DNA from: Mesotaenium endlicherianum
Lineage: Eukaryota
Length of the DNA: 64,000 bases
Assembly (NCBI GenBank): GCA_009602735.1
Contig: WELA01003597.1
Location: 124,001-188,000, forward strand
Reading direction: 5' to 3'
Of this stretch, positions 12,890 through 26,124 are shown in pieces. How positions within the stretch are numbered: position 1 is the first letter of the stretch; every line of letters starts with the position of its first letter. The position numbers and the translations under genes were made by a program. The notes below the pieces were generated by a model. That model searched no databases and had not been told where the DNA came from. It was given only the letters and a program-made list of their open reading frames with translations.

Positions 12890-13677
12890 GCTGCTATTTT
12901 TGGTCCTTCCGCTGAAATCTCGCTCATGTACAGTGCGCTTAACTCCCTTATCTATCAGAAATGCTTGCGAATCAGAAGCAACACCCGAGTGAAAGGAGAA
13001 TGGGTCTGAAATTGAGATACTACAAGCTTCGAGCGAGGTTGACAGGTATTCAGGTTGAATGTACATCAAGGTAATGAAAGCAGAAAAGACACATGCAGCA
13101 CAGATACAAGCCGTTGTTTCTGGCGTTGTTAAAGACTGCGGTCAAAGGTTAAGAGGTGAGTACCTCAACAAGCAAGCACTACCCTCTTTCTCCCAGCACA
13201 GTACGCGGCTTGACGAAAAGAGATTCCGATAGAGCTACTAATGGGACAAACTCAAGAATAATAATTTGGTCAAACAGATCGTGAATGACGTAGACATTCG
13301 TGAACTCCGAACAAGGTCCTCTGATGCCAGCGCTCCTTTGTGTTTACTGCGCAGATCTCTTTTAACAAGATGTCCATTTGTCCATCATTTGACAAACCTT
13401 TAAGGGGATTCGTGAAGGACGTGCAACCGATTAGTGCCAAAGCAGTGTCTGACTTGGAATGTTTCATGCACATGTTGCGCTGCAGCGTCTGTGACTTCGC
13501 GCTCTAAGCTACTTAAATCGAAGGAGGCACTGAGGCAAAAACATCTTACGCCACCAATGCATGCTAAAAGAGGTCCCGGACTGCTCCTGGACATTTCAAG
13601 AAGCGGTAGTCAAAGCTGGTCAAACCATCATATACGCAATAACAGGTGCTATTTTCGATAGTGAACAGTGCATGGTT

Positions 13678-13730
13678 CAGCTAGAGCTGAGCTAGAGCTG
13701 AGCTAGAGCAGTCAGAGCTGAGTCAGAGTG
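13678..13730. repeat. Short degenerate tandem repeat of GCTAGAGCTGA-type units
   Basis: cagctagagctgagctagagctgagctagagcagtcagagctgagtcagag, just left of the MULE. Confidence 0.7.
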
Positions 13731-13748
13731 AAGCAATTATTCAATGTT

Positions 13749-14679
13749 GGGCAAATTACCAAAGTAGCACTCTAACTTTCGTTTATTCTACAAATAGCAC
13801 TCCCAAGTTTCGTTATTACAAAACTAGCACTCGCGCATGTAAGGCGAGTCCACGTAGGTTTTACACGATCAAATGACCCTCCACACGCGACCCTACCTGA
13901 CACACCACTTCTCTCTTTCGCTTCCACAATCGACCAGCACCGCTTTTCCAACTGCCCAATTTCACGAACCAAACTACCTAAGGACGCCCAAAAATTGGTC
14001 CACAGGTATTATCGTGACCTATTTCTTGCGCCTTTATTTCCTAACCCTATATTTTCTTGAGAGACTATATTCATCGCATTCTCTGCTATTTTCAGGTAGG
14101 AGGAACGTAATCACAAGTAGCTAATTGTAGCGGCTGAGTCAAGTGGTTAGTTACTATGGCACATTGCCATTGAGGTTACCTGTGGCTATGCTTTCCTATT
14201 TGTAAGCATGTTGCACCTGGGAACTTTCCACACGTCCGACATTTAACCGCCACGTTTTACCTACATTTAACCACCATAAGAAGTACCTAGTTGACCCGCC
14301 GAGGTTTAGACCCAGCTATGGAGTTCGAAAAGTCGTCTTCGATTTGGAGGCGCGGCAAAGCGGTCAATGCCTTCAAAACGTTTTGGAGAGTAAAATGAAG
14401 GTAGCGACAATGTGTCCACCCGACATTTGAAGTCCTTGGGCAGTTTGGATCGCGAAGATGGGTCAGTTACAAAAGTGGTGGTGGAAGATTTTGGAAACGA
14501 AAGAGAGAAATGGTGTGTCAGGAAGGGTCGCGTGCGAATTCGTGTGGCACGTCATTTCATAATGTAAGGCCTACGTGGCCTGACCTAACATGCGCGAGTG
14601 CTAGTTTTGAAATAACAAAACTTGGAGTGCTAGATTTTGAAATAAACGAACGTTGGAGTGCTACTTTGATAATTTGCCC
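13749..14679. mobile_element. Non-autonomous Mutator-like DNA transposon (MULE/Mu-MITE), 931 bp
   Basis: Starts GGGCAAATTACCAAAGTAGCACTC and ends GAGTGCTACTTTGATAATTTGCCC. Imperfect inverted repeats extend about 250-270 bp with internal TAGCACTC subrepeats. An exact 9-bp target-site duplication TTCAATGTT lies at 13740-13748 and 14680-14688. No transposase ORF. Confidence 0.93.
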
Positions 14680-15439
14680 TTCAATGTTCGAGAGGGCATG
14701 CTGCCAACGTGGCATCATTACAAAGTTTAGAAGCCGCCAGCTGCCTTCAGGCTGCCTTCAGGTGCCCATGCAGTCAGTACCTGGTCCGCCTGGTTCCGCC
14801 AAGTTCAGCACCACTGGACTGCATGGGTCCCAACTGGACCTGCTTAGACCTGCCTTAGACCTTGGTCTTGAGCGTAAAATGCACGACCTTGTCCTCAACA
14901 GGCGTCAAACAAATGCTATTGGACAATAGGCAATGTTGGATCTCGTGGTGCTCTAAGTCTGAAATAAAACAACCTTGGTTCAAAACTACAGCTTCGTGTG
15001 CGACGACCAGAGAACAAGACCCCCGCTTTCAAAGAAATCTGGAGCATTTCAAACGCAACTGGTTAACAGACTGCATGACTAGAGGCAGCATGCAAGTGGT
15101 CAGAGAGCGAGGTTGCACTTAAGCTCGAATCTCCCTGGGCCTTGCACGTACTCTGCTGATATTCAGGTGTTCCGACTTTAGATAGTCAAACTACGAAGGG
15201 TTGTACAGTCATACTGTCTGTGTATCATGATGGCAGCTGGCTCCGTCGAAATCGATCTGGGCTTTCTTGTACCTTGGCGGATAGTCAATCATCGTGTAGA
15301 TCTGCTTCGCATGAACTTAACGGGCCAACTTATGGACGATCGCATTATAAAACATATGCATGGGGCTTCCTTCTTCCCGGTAAAGTAGTAAAGTCGAAGA
15401 GGTGGAGCAATATGTATATAGAGCTTTCGTACTTCTGAA

Positions 15440-17535
15440 ATGGCTTGTTCAAGATGGTTGCGTTGCTTCCTCCTGCAGAATGCTCTCTCTCTCTTATTCA
15501 TTTGCTACATGCCGTATCTTCCTCACACTGTGCGTGCACAAATTGATACAATTTTCTTCTTAGATTCGGCAGTCTCCAGTGTGGCTTGGTCTACAGTGGC
15601 AAACTCAGCTGGAAGTGTTTTACAGTTGACAGTTTCTCCTGCAAGCTTCAACGTATCTGGGAATACCACCATGACTGTGCTTGGCTGCTCTGTAGTCAAA
15701 GGGTCCAATAATGTCGCGAAGGTGCAGTATAGTACCTCAGTCTTACTTTGACATGGTCTTTGAGGTTTGTGCATGCGACAGGCATATATTCAGTGCACGT
15801 CAGGTACTGGGGTGTTGAACACCACAACGATTAAAAGAGCAGGAAGTGCACGCACTTTTACGCATATGCACTGACGATGGACGTGTCAAAGGGACATGCG
15901 TATGCTGACCTTCAGTTTGTGCACTTCTTGCTATTTAGTTGTGCAAATCATAGGTCGTATATACGTCTCACACTTGGTCATGATGCTGTAGAAGGACCTG
16001 CTACTGTTGCGTGGGCGACGGCGTAAAATGATGTACCAATAAAGGTTGTAGGTGTAGGGGCTTGCTTCATATCTGCTCTTGTAAACGTTGTGAAAAGAGG
16101 AAATGGAAAGTGCTGCCGTGCAGGCTGAGCTGCAATCGCTAGAGTTGGGGCCAACTGGCAGTGCACCTTCACTGCATGTCTCGTCTGTCCCAGTTCTTGC
16201 TGGCCAGCCACTCAACTTAGGCTCCTTGGCTGCCAATCTCTCTTCCGTTGCTCTTCCAGGTAATTACTTGTCGGGATGCTTAACATGACGAGTATGCTCA
16301 ACCTGCTGACCATATCTTCTTACTTATGGTTTCTCAAAGCAAAAATAATATACTCTAGTTGACTCGTGTGACTCGAGATGTATTGTAGAAAGCCTAGAGC
16401 TTGCACTATTGTAACAACACCAGAATATTGAAGTTCGTCATATTCAGTTTCCGAGACTATAGTCTTGCTATTTGATTTATTCTGAAACGGTAGATGTGAA
16501 GGTGCCAAGTGCGTGTTTCTGAGCATCTTGGCTTCGACTCGGTCAGTATAAGCATGAAAAGCAGGTGGCCTCTAATAAGAAACGGGAGACAATATTGCTT
16601 GGTTGAATTGACACCATATGGCAGGTCAAGCAAGCTCGCCTGGTGAAGGAAAAAGTGCTACCTCTGACGTGGGACCATCAGCTGGTAACATATCGGGCGT
16701 GGTCTGGTATCCGACTGTCACTTGGAGCTCTGTGAATGGATATATCCAATTTGGTTATGGAGGTGATACACCGAAGAAGAGGAATGTGAATGCAACAGAT
16801 GTCATTACTCCTCTTACTAGCTTTGCCTCCTTCAACGGGATTGTGCACTCTGTAAGTCAATTCCCTCGTCTTCTGAGGGCGTCTGATGAGAGTATATGTC
16901 TAACTATAAAGGTCGAAGTTATAAATGAATGTTACCAAGTGGCTTGGTGGTTTCATGCACGATAACAATCTGGATACGACTCTTGTTTTGCATTGGTCGT
17001 ACACCGCAGCATATCAGTAGATTCTTTTAGTGACAATAATTTTCATCTCTTCCTTCGAGATATTATTGCCAACCAGTTGAATGTGGTCAAATAACTTCGA
17101 TGTTGAGAACATGTCTTGTTGATTTCAGAGGTCGACAAATGAGAGCCAGCTTACTTTACAAGTTACCACAACTTTCAGGATGTATGTAAGGTATTGGTCT
17201 CCCAGGACTTATTGCTTTGAAGTGGAAGGCTTTTGATTTGATAATCCTTTGCAAAACTGCTCCTTTCTAGGTGTTTATTTAGTGTGACTTAGTTCATATT
17301 TGCTAGGGCGCTTCCTCGTACTTATGCAGTGACGGAGACTATGAAGCAAGACCGTAGTTCTGATTTCTAGTCTACTAAGATTATTACATGATGCAAAAAT
17401 GTTGCATAATTCTTATCTATCATTGAAGTTACAAGGTGCCAAGAGCCCCTGCTACCAATCTTTAACGAGACCCTCACGATCCAAGCGCATGTTCTCATGC
17501 TCATGATCAGCGCAATACTAACCTATCTTTAACGT
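15440..17535 (+). CDS. Unknown secreted beta-rich protein (paralog B); last exon and stop uncertain
   Basis: Exons 15440-15721, 16124-16259, 16625-16851, 17129-~17185, and an uncertain last exon around 17430-17600. Signal peptide ..PHTVRA|Q. Aligns by eye with paralog A (SPASFNVSGNTTMTVL vs SPSSVQVTGNITLQIL; TVTWSSVNGYI vs TVTLSRINGTV) and shares the first three intron phases (0,1,0). Confidence 0.65.
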
Positions 17536-17726
17536 GGTGCGCGTTTCTGAGCTTCAGGGACTTCCTCTTTGCTACAACTTCGACAGGCTCAAGGCTTGAG
17601 CGTATTGTGGGCCAGTCGCATATTCAAATGACTCTAGCATTGAATGGGACTGCGCCAAACCCTTGTTACTTGCCCCTAGCGTCGTGATCTGGTACAAATT
17701 TTACCACTTTGTCTCGGCTTGTAGGG

Positions 17727-17810
17727 TAGTCTGTCCAGTACGTATTCAAACTTGCAAGGAAGCTTGAATAGTCTGTCAAGTACATATTCAACCTAGCAAT
17801 GGAGCTTGAA
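17727..17810. repeat. Two-copy 42-bp imperfect tandem repeat
   Basis: TAGTCTGTCCAGTACGTATTCAAACTTGCAAGGAAGCTTGAA versus TAGTCTGTCAAGTACATATTCAACCTAGCAATGGAGCTTGAA. Confidence 0.8.
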
Positions 17811-18101
17811 ATAATAGTTCAGACTTGTAGAAGAAACAAATGTCTGCTGCATAAACACCTACCTTTTCTCAACATCTCATGGTTCCCCATACTCAACACT
17901 TAAAAGCCTGCAAAATCTTCAAACTGTCACAGAACATGTGGACATAGACGAAATTTTAGGGTAGCTCCATAACATGAGTCTGAGGAAAAGGGCTTGCCGA
18001 TCATGATGCTTGTCTCCGTCTTCTCACTTGAGGAGATTGACCACTTATGACATAGTGGTGCCTTCTAACAAAATCTATGGAGCCCATATTCCATGACATG
18101 A

Positions 18102-21100
18102 CTACATTGGTTGTACGCCTGTGTGTTTAGAAGGATGGACAAACTTGAAGTCACAAACAAGAGCCAAATGGTCACTGGGCCATTCTCGGCTTGGCAAACC
18201 CCCACATCTTCGGAGGGTGTGGTGCGGTAGCATGTCCAATACCCTCACAGGTGCCAGCTTCTGTGTGTGCCTGCACATGGAGTGTTTGAAGCAATAAATA
18301 CTTTTAAGATACGTTGCAGAGTTAAACATCAGGCTTAAGCCTGGTACACCCCACATAAGCAATGTTATTAAAAACACCAATGCAACATGCGTAACAAGAC
18401 TTGGCTTTAGGGGTTTTCATTCTGTTATGAATCAACCATTAGATTTGATCGCTAGACCACCAACGCAATATGATTGAAACACACATGCAACAAACACCTT
18501 CACATCAATATTTCCAATATGACCCACCCAGCACGCATTTTTGCACATTGCAATATCAGACAGGAAAAGCGGTGAACAATGCATTGACGCACTACATCCC
18601 CCCCCCCTCTCCCTTTCTTTCTTTTCAACAGAAGCTCATCTTAGTGAACAGTATTGCTACTCACCAGATGTAATCGACAGTCCCACAGAACCTGCGATGA
18701 AACGACGTGATCTGTGGCTCACCACCGCCGCTCCTATGTGGTGCCTGCTGGAAGCAATTGTCATGCCCATATGTAGTCAGATGAACCCTGCCAAAACTTA
18801 ATGACAATTTGTCTTTCCATAGCAAGACAAGGGCAAGCAAGGTGCAACTCTGCTGCAGCTGAGCTGAATAGAAGCACAGCCAGGCTGCCACAGCTGCTTG
18901 CCGCCATGATCTCCACCACTCGTAGCACTTCACAGTAGTTGGCAGGTTATACTCAAAAGAAAACAACTCAAAATCCCGGGAGGGCTACCATTGTCCACAC
19001 AAGCAGGCCAGAGTGCAATGGAAGACAATTCCTCGCTGGTTGCCAATGGAATGCTGAATGCTGCAACAAACATGTCTGGACACACGTGAAGATTGATGAT
19101 AATATACAAAGTGAATCTGTGTGAAATCTGCTGTCACTTGAGCAGTCCTCACCAAAGTATTATCTCCGGGCGTCTCAATAACTTATTGATTTTGTGTAGC
19201 GATTAACTTGCAAGAACTGGCGGAGCACCACGACGCACAATAAAAGTCATTGCAGCACACACAGCATTTGAGAGCTACTAGAGTTCTCCCCACCCTCCAC
19301 AGCAGTACATGCTTCGAGAAGAACAAAGGTCAGCACCAGTATACACTAAACACGACGCAGTTTGTTCTTGAACATGATGTAGTTCAATCGGACCAAGAGC
19401 ACATTGCTGCGCTTGCTATCAACGTTACACCCTACAACATCTTACAGATGTATCATGACACGAATGATATGTGTGCGCTTATTGCTAAGTGTACAAGACC
19501 GAACACAACACGAAGAGTCCAGTGTTGCTTGATGCTCTCAAGCAGCGACAGGAGTTGGTCGGGTGCAGGGGCAGGGGCAAGAGAGAGGGGAGGAGGCTCA
19601 CATTGGCCTGTGCGTAAGCACTCTGGAGGCGTAGGGGATGGCGTGCCACATGGGAGCCTCTCTCACCCGTGGCTGCCTCCAGCTCCTCATCGTCCCACTC
19701 GTACCCTCCTGCCCCTGCCTGCACCCTGCTGCTGTACCTCTCGTTGCCTTCTTGTGCCCTCCAGGTTGCAGTGCATGGGGCGGCTGCTGGCGGTTCCGCA
19801 GCTGTCACTAGAGCGCTGATTTTTTCGTTGTTCTCCGCCATGGCCATCCCCATGAAGGCAGCATCACCACCGTCACGACATCGCTTGCGCACCAAACCTC
19901 CTTCCACCGCATCCCCTCCTCCACCGGAGCCCATCGCGGGCACGTCTTCGGTGGAGCCCGGCACCATAACTGCATCATGGAGCTCAAGGTTGCCGCTACC
20001 GGCCTCACCAGCTCCAAGTTCTCTGCGCGTTGAGGACACGAGGAGGCTGGCGTGAGCTGTATGTGCACAGTCCACCTGGCCAAGCAGCCCTGGTGCACAT
20101 GCTGCTGCTGCAGCAGGAGGAAGAATGCTCCCACCACTCGAATATTCTGGAGGCCCCTGTCCCAGCCTGGCACCATCAGGATGGCGCCCCCCCGTGCGTT
20201 AGCAGACCAAGTGTGCACATGGAAACGGGCCAATCAGCGCATGCAATACAGGCGCATGCAGCACAATACCCACCAGGCACACGAGTTCCACAAGAGGAAG
20301 GTAGGGCCCACAGACCAGGGGGGCACATAAAACGCACCACCCTTCCACGTTCCACCATGCATTAGACTGGGCGGGCACGCGCTGCAAGAAGCCTTCTAGG
20401 GGCGATGAGAAGAGGACGTGGACTGCACTGCTTCCTTCCTTCCTTCCTACGTACCGAGGCCGGACACTTGCGTCATGCTTCCTCCTGAAGCTGCCCCCCC
20501 CCCATCCCACATTGGTTCCTTCTCCGCCCACTAGCTGACCAGATATGTCCCGCCTGTCCTTCTGAGACAGGTCTACCTGCAGCCAGAAGGGGCATGCCGG
20601 GTGTTTCACATCACCACTTGTGTGTTGAGCGTTCTATCAAAGATAGTGGAAAGAAAGCTTCTCACTGGAAGCAAGCTAGTTGTGCTGAGGTGATCGAAAG
20701 GACGCTGCAGTCAGCAGTATGTGAGATACCAGAACTCTGGAAAGTTTGTCACTTTGTCTTGCCTAAGGCGGCTGCGTGCACCACAGTACCAGGTGGGTGA
20801 ACATGCATGCCCAGTCCTGTGCATGTGGAGGTACTTGCACGAGGATCCCCTTCTGCCTTGCTGAAGAAGAGCGTACCAATGACTAATCACAAAGGAAGAG
20901 CAGAGGGGCAGAACGCACACCTCGGCATCAGTGATGAAGCTGTACAGGGAGCTCTGCCACACCCGCCCACCCACCCCATCACCGGCACACAGACAAAGCA
21001 CGTGCGCGACACGTGACCCTGGGGATCAAGCTAGGATGCTAGGCTAGTGCGTAGGCTCGTGAGGAGAAGAGCTCCTCCAGAGAAAGCCAGAGGTCATGTC

Positions 21101-24100
21101 GTGCTTCCGCGGCTGCTGCATAGGGCACGCAGCAGCACAGGTCCTTGCCGCCACGCACGCTCCCCTGCTGGCTCTCACTCGACTCCCAAGAGTCAGGCAA
21201 CTAAGGCCCAGTTTACAGTGGCCACAGGTACTCATTAGATCGTCGCGAATAGCGGGATCCAAAATTACTCAATTGAACAGAAGACAACATTGACGAGCAA
21301 GTTTCAAACAGGTAGACAAATTGACGTTTACAGTGCAGACGCATATACTCAATTGAAGGAAGTGGTAAACTCCCCCCCTACGCTGTCGCGCTTCCTCTCC
21401 GCAAATGTTCTGGGCTCGGTCAGACCTAGCAATGCCCATATTGACATCGACGATCGCGCAAGCATCGGTACATGCTTATTTGCATCCCCTACCTAATACC
21501 GACAGTCCTTATCGATAGAGTGATCGGCAAGAAGAGGTCATTCGAGGCCTCGGAGGATTTCAAGTCTGCTCGAGAGCAGACTTGAAAAGCCGAGCCCAAT
21601 TGATTTCAACCACGAAGTTCAATCAGTGTTTTTACCAACTTCCATCAAGTACGTCAGGCCTGGAGACCACTGTAAACAACAGTTTTATCGCAGTTTTAAC
21701 AACAGTATGTACTTCCAGGTACATCCCCGTAATTTAGAATCAATCAAGTCGCTGTCGATTTGGCCACTTGCCTAAATCCTTCACCATGCGGCTACCCCTG
21801 CGACTCCACGTGATGGATGCCGGCGAAGCACGGCCGCTCTTATGTGTGTGCATGAGTGCGTGTGTATGTATGTGCACACGCGCGCGCACGCGCGTTAGAG
21901 GGCCTGTCGCACCGAGGAGCGTGTAAACAAGTGACCGACTCCCTCAACTCCCTCGCCTAGCTCGTGCCCTGTCCTTGGGCACCAACTTACTGACTATCTG
22001 CCTGGCTATGGTGACACCCATGAGTACAGCCTAAGAAAAGAAAGTGAAAGGGGAGCAGCAGCTTGATTGATCACTAGTAGGATGTGGGGTTTTGGCTTCG
22101 GGGTTCAGGGTTCAGGTTTCGAGTTAGAGTTAGCAGCTGCCTGCTGACTGCTACCCAAGCACAAGGCGGACGATCAGGGAGAAGGAGACTAACAAGGGGG
22201 ACTGCGTTGAAGTCGCCGCCAATGACGACCGCCGCACTGCCGTGCTCATCCGAGAGCGCCCTTGCCCTCTCCAGCAGCACGCGCACCTTCCCACCACCAA
22301 GAACAGGGCTCACCCTCTCTCTCACACACATTGTCAGTCAGCTCCCCCACCTTGAACACTTTCTCCATGGCCACGAGGGTCGCACGATGAGCATCCCCGC
22401 ACCACAGCCATGATCGACAATGACTGTTCGCAACACCAACTTCTGGCTACAGGGGAAGACACAGCATCTGCAGGGGCCGCAATGGCATGAAGCAAGTAGC
22501 TCTTCCAAAGTTGGAAGTGCAAGCAGGTAGCGTGGAAGGCTCCTTCTTTGCAATCAGGTGAGCCTACACGCCCGCAGTCATCGCCACCACCTATTACTAG
22601 GCCAAGCACATCACGTCGGATAGCCAAAACTGAGGGGGATGTAGAGGTTACAGTCAATGCGTATCGAGTACCAGTAAAAGAGACAACTAGGGGTGATGGT
22701 ATAGAGTTCAAGGACCATTTCAAGTCCATTTTGGGGCTAGGCATTCGATTGGAAATGTGCTGGAGATGGTGGACGTCTCATCAAATTGTGTGCCACAGTT
22801 GGTTGTTGAGTACCTAGAGAGCTGCCTTCCTCACCTGGCCGAGCTTGACGTCCCCGCGCTTTGGATTGAAGAGGACGTGCACGCACGCCACCACCAGGAG
22901 GCGATTCTCCTCATCCCTACACGCACCAGTGTGCATGCTCCCTCCCCAGTTAGCAGCCAGCCAGCAGTCAGAGCTCACTCGAGTGACAATGTCACTCCGG
23001 CATAAGTCCAGGCGACATGCCGCAGCTCCTGCCTGTTGGAGTTCCAGCCAAAGTTAAAGGTTAGCAGAGAGGGCCAGCTCGTTCACGCGCTTGAAAGCTG
23101 TTTGTCTTGACTTGTAACACACACTCTGATTGCAGATTGAGATCCGTACCTGGCTTCTTTGCCTCCTGGGCCTGCTCCGGCACTTGAATCTGCAGCATGC
23201 CTCTGTCCACGCCACACCAAGCCTGCTCTGTCAGAAGATGACCATGTTGCACCACTGTCAAAGCTGCATACCGTCGCTGGTTACACTTGACAGCAGCATA
23301 TAAGTGTCTCCAGGGGGATGAGGGTGCAAAGCAATGGACCCTTGAGCTTTGACAATAGGACTTCCAGATGCTTCCAAACCCCGGCAGTGGACCTCAGCAG
23401 ACAACCAACAGGGTGGGTACCACCCAGTAGCAGCAGGCATGACAGCCAAGCATGAGGAGGGAGAGTCCTACCTGCAAGACTAGCAGCAGGGCCACGTTGT
23501 CCCGCAGGCCCAGCTGACGATACTCGATCGACTCCTCCTGGACCAGACAGAAACTACAGCCCCACATCGCAGCACTGCCTCAGCACCACTCGCATGCATG
23601 TCTGCAAGGCGTGCAAGGCTGCCACTTGCGCGCCTACGCACTCGGCATTGGCATTCGAGCATGCTGGAAGGAGTGACCTACATTGAGAGAAGAAGGTTAA
23701 ATACGTCTGCAATCCCACCTGTCTGCTTGCCAGAAGATGGCACACCCGTCACAAGCATCCCCTGTCCTCCTCTGCATCGTTTGCCACCACACATCCAAAA
23801 TGTATTAGCTAATAATCAGGCCCCGGCAAAAAGCTATAGAGGACTATATCCTAGTCACATAATGACCAACAACAATAGTCATGGCAGCTGTACTTATTAG
23901 CGCTTCGGGTACACAGTTCCCGTGGTGCAAGCAGGCAGAGAGGGTGAAATTCAAGTAGCAGCAGACATAATATCAGCAGGCAACATCTTTCAAGGCTATG
24001 CCAAGGGGAGGTTGAGCCAACTTCACCAAAGGTGACAAGCAAGCAGTAGCAACATGGCAAGCGTGACTCGCTGACCTTGTAGCGGCCGAGGTAACCCATG

Positions 24101-25341
24101 TCCCTCAAATCCTGTGCCAGCTCGTCAAAATGGTCAACCTCCTGAAGTTGCTCCCACCCACACACAACGACCCTGCTTGAGGCAGATCAGCCACTGCCAA
24201 GGTCTGCATTAGTTCCCCCCTTATCCTGCAATCATGCAAACATGTCCCCGTTCTTTGTTGTGCAGATCTAGTAGGTTACCTCTCCTTGCTACTTAGAAGT
24301 CGCACACTTGTCTAAAAGCGTAGGAAGAGACTTGTCTCACAAGCTTTGAGCTATCAATGATATAAAACAGCATCCATGACGTCTCCAGCAAGGTAGAATA
24401 CACATCGTATGACGTCAACACGACGCACACACATTCGACATCTATTCTTGAGGCCTGCAGTTATTAGCACCGACTTTATTGCCTTGGCATCAACACATGC
24501 TTCAAAACATCATGCATGCAATCACATACCACATATAATTAGAGGCGTGCTCGATGATGAACAATGCAGAAAATCTGCCTAATTAACTTATTACCTGGAG
24601 ACAAACCACTTGAGGGCGTAAGCCACTCAGCTCCTTGAGGAGCCGCTGCTTCCTATAGGGCCAGGCTAAAATGTTCCAAGGTATATGCCAGTACAGCTCT
24701 CTGTAGTGCTCAGAAGCTAGGTTGCTCGCCAATATATTGTAAGACATGAAGGTGAAACTTTCTGCCAACGAGTTCAAACAACTGTAAGATTAGGAAGGGT
24801 GACCGTATGATTGGCAAGAACACTGCTTCCCTTGGCTTGTTAATTTCCTATCCTATATCATGCATACAATGACAGAAGTGCGCTGCTTGGTCGCACCAGA
24901 TTTGTGTGATGACGTCGATTTGCTTTCCCTGCAGGGCTTCCACCGTCGTGTATTACTCTGAAAGTCTCGGTGGGCAGCATGCCCGTCACTCCTGCCTTTA
25001 TTCTGCCATCTGGCAGGTCCCCTGGCCTTCCCCATCATACTCTGATGCTTGATATTTTCGTCAACTCGGTGTTCTGGGCTGGGAAAGGTTAACAGTGGTG
25101 GCACTATTTGTGAGTGGTGGTCAAATGCGGCTGATCCAGGAACACCATAGCTACTGCCGAGTTTGCTCGATCTATGCTCAAGGGAGGCAGCAGCATCTTC
25201 ATAGTTTAAGCCTGGATTATAAGAAAGAGTGTGAGAGAAATTGCACCGATCTCCAAACCTGCAAAGTCCTCTTAGGAAGTGTGCACAAGGCACCCTTTGA
25301 TCGAAGCCCCTGCCCGTCATAGTCCTAATGCATGCCAACAT
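18102..25341 (-). CDS. CCR4/Angel-like EEP-family nuclease/phosphatase with N-terminal CCCH zinc finger
   Basis: Successive exons give SYNILA, VVCLQ|EVDHF, RRTGDACDGCAIFW, LRDNVA, THVLFNPKRGDVKLGQ, VIGGDFNAVP, SSLYSFI, RRDISGQ, WDDEELEAATG..HPLRLQSAYA, GEPQITSFHRRFCGTVDYIW, GGLPSREWPSDHLALVCDF. All EEP catalytic motifs are present. The first exon has CAHFLRGLCRFGDRCNFSH (C-x7-C-x5-C-x3-H). Start is 25341 or 25320. Confidence 0.9.
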
Positions 25342-26124
25342 ACTCTATTGTAGTCTCCCCCATACTAAAATTGTACCATCGCCCATTGCATCTGCACGAA
25401 GCAATGCCTACGCGAAGAACAACTCATCCTCTGAGCGACTGTTGAGAATGCGATGGAGACTGCCAAAACTTGTCAAGCTTGTTTAGAGAAAAGAGAAAAA
25501 AAGAAGCGACTTATTGTGGATGGAACTGCTGCAATGAACTTAGACCAGCTTCCAAACGTCGGACACCCATCATTGCCCGGTAAGTTCAGGCAAACAAAAA
25601 ACAATCTAGATGAGACTCTTGGACCACTTTGGGCAGGAGGCAGCATATAGAGACCACATAGCTAAACAGAGGAGCAGAATGGGGTGTTACACCAAATCGC
25701 GAGTCGGATACTTCCTTGCGGAATGCTTGTGATTGAGTATCATAAGTCGTCAAATTTATGACAGACAAGGTAGAGAGATTCGAGACGTTGCAGGAGGCAA
25801 TGAAAGTTGCACATGTGCAACTGTTGTTCCACGACGATGGACTCCTATGTGCAGGAGCGGAAGTGTGAGCACGACGGGGGTAGAAATGGCGTCCGCATTT
25901 GAGTGACCAGGCTTCATAAGCACTTAAGATGCATGACTCCTCTCGCATCCTCTTCGTTAACTTGCATCCGTGCAATACTGGCTAGTGCTTTCTCTACACG
26001 TTTCATGTAGAAAGAGCATGCAATTTCCAAGTAGTGGTTATTATGTGTATACCGGCTTAATGAGCGATAGTGACTTAATGAACTATAGTCACTTAATCCA
26101 TCACTGAAGTTTCCATCATTGTCT
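25342..26124. promoter_or_regulatory. Divergent intergenic region (putative bidirectional promoter) between the CCR4-like and CHD-like genes
   Basis: About 780 bp between oppositely oriented predicted start codons. Positional inference only. Confidence 0.45.

Noticed and set aside
19600..20580. Long low-complexity insertion inside the EEP domain
   Set aside because: Variable insertions between the RRxISGQ and W..EE motifs are, as I recall, usual for plant Angel-like CCR4 proteins.
21200..21850. AT-richer patch in a CCR4-like intron as a TE or RNA gene
   Set aside because: No TIR, TSD, coding motif or recognisable RNA structure found by eye.
22620..22825. Intronic purine tract + TGTAGAGG and a CVPQLVVEYLES peptide resembling a chromo-shadow or LTR fragment
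   Set aside because: The similarity is too short and weak to support a call.
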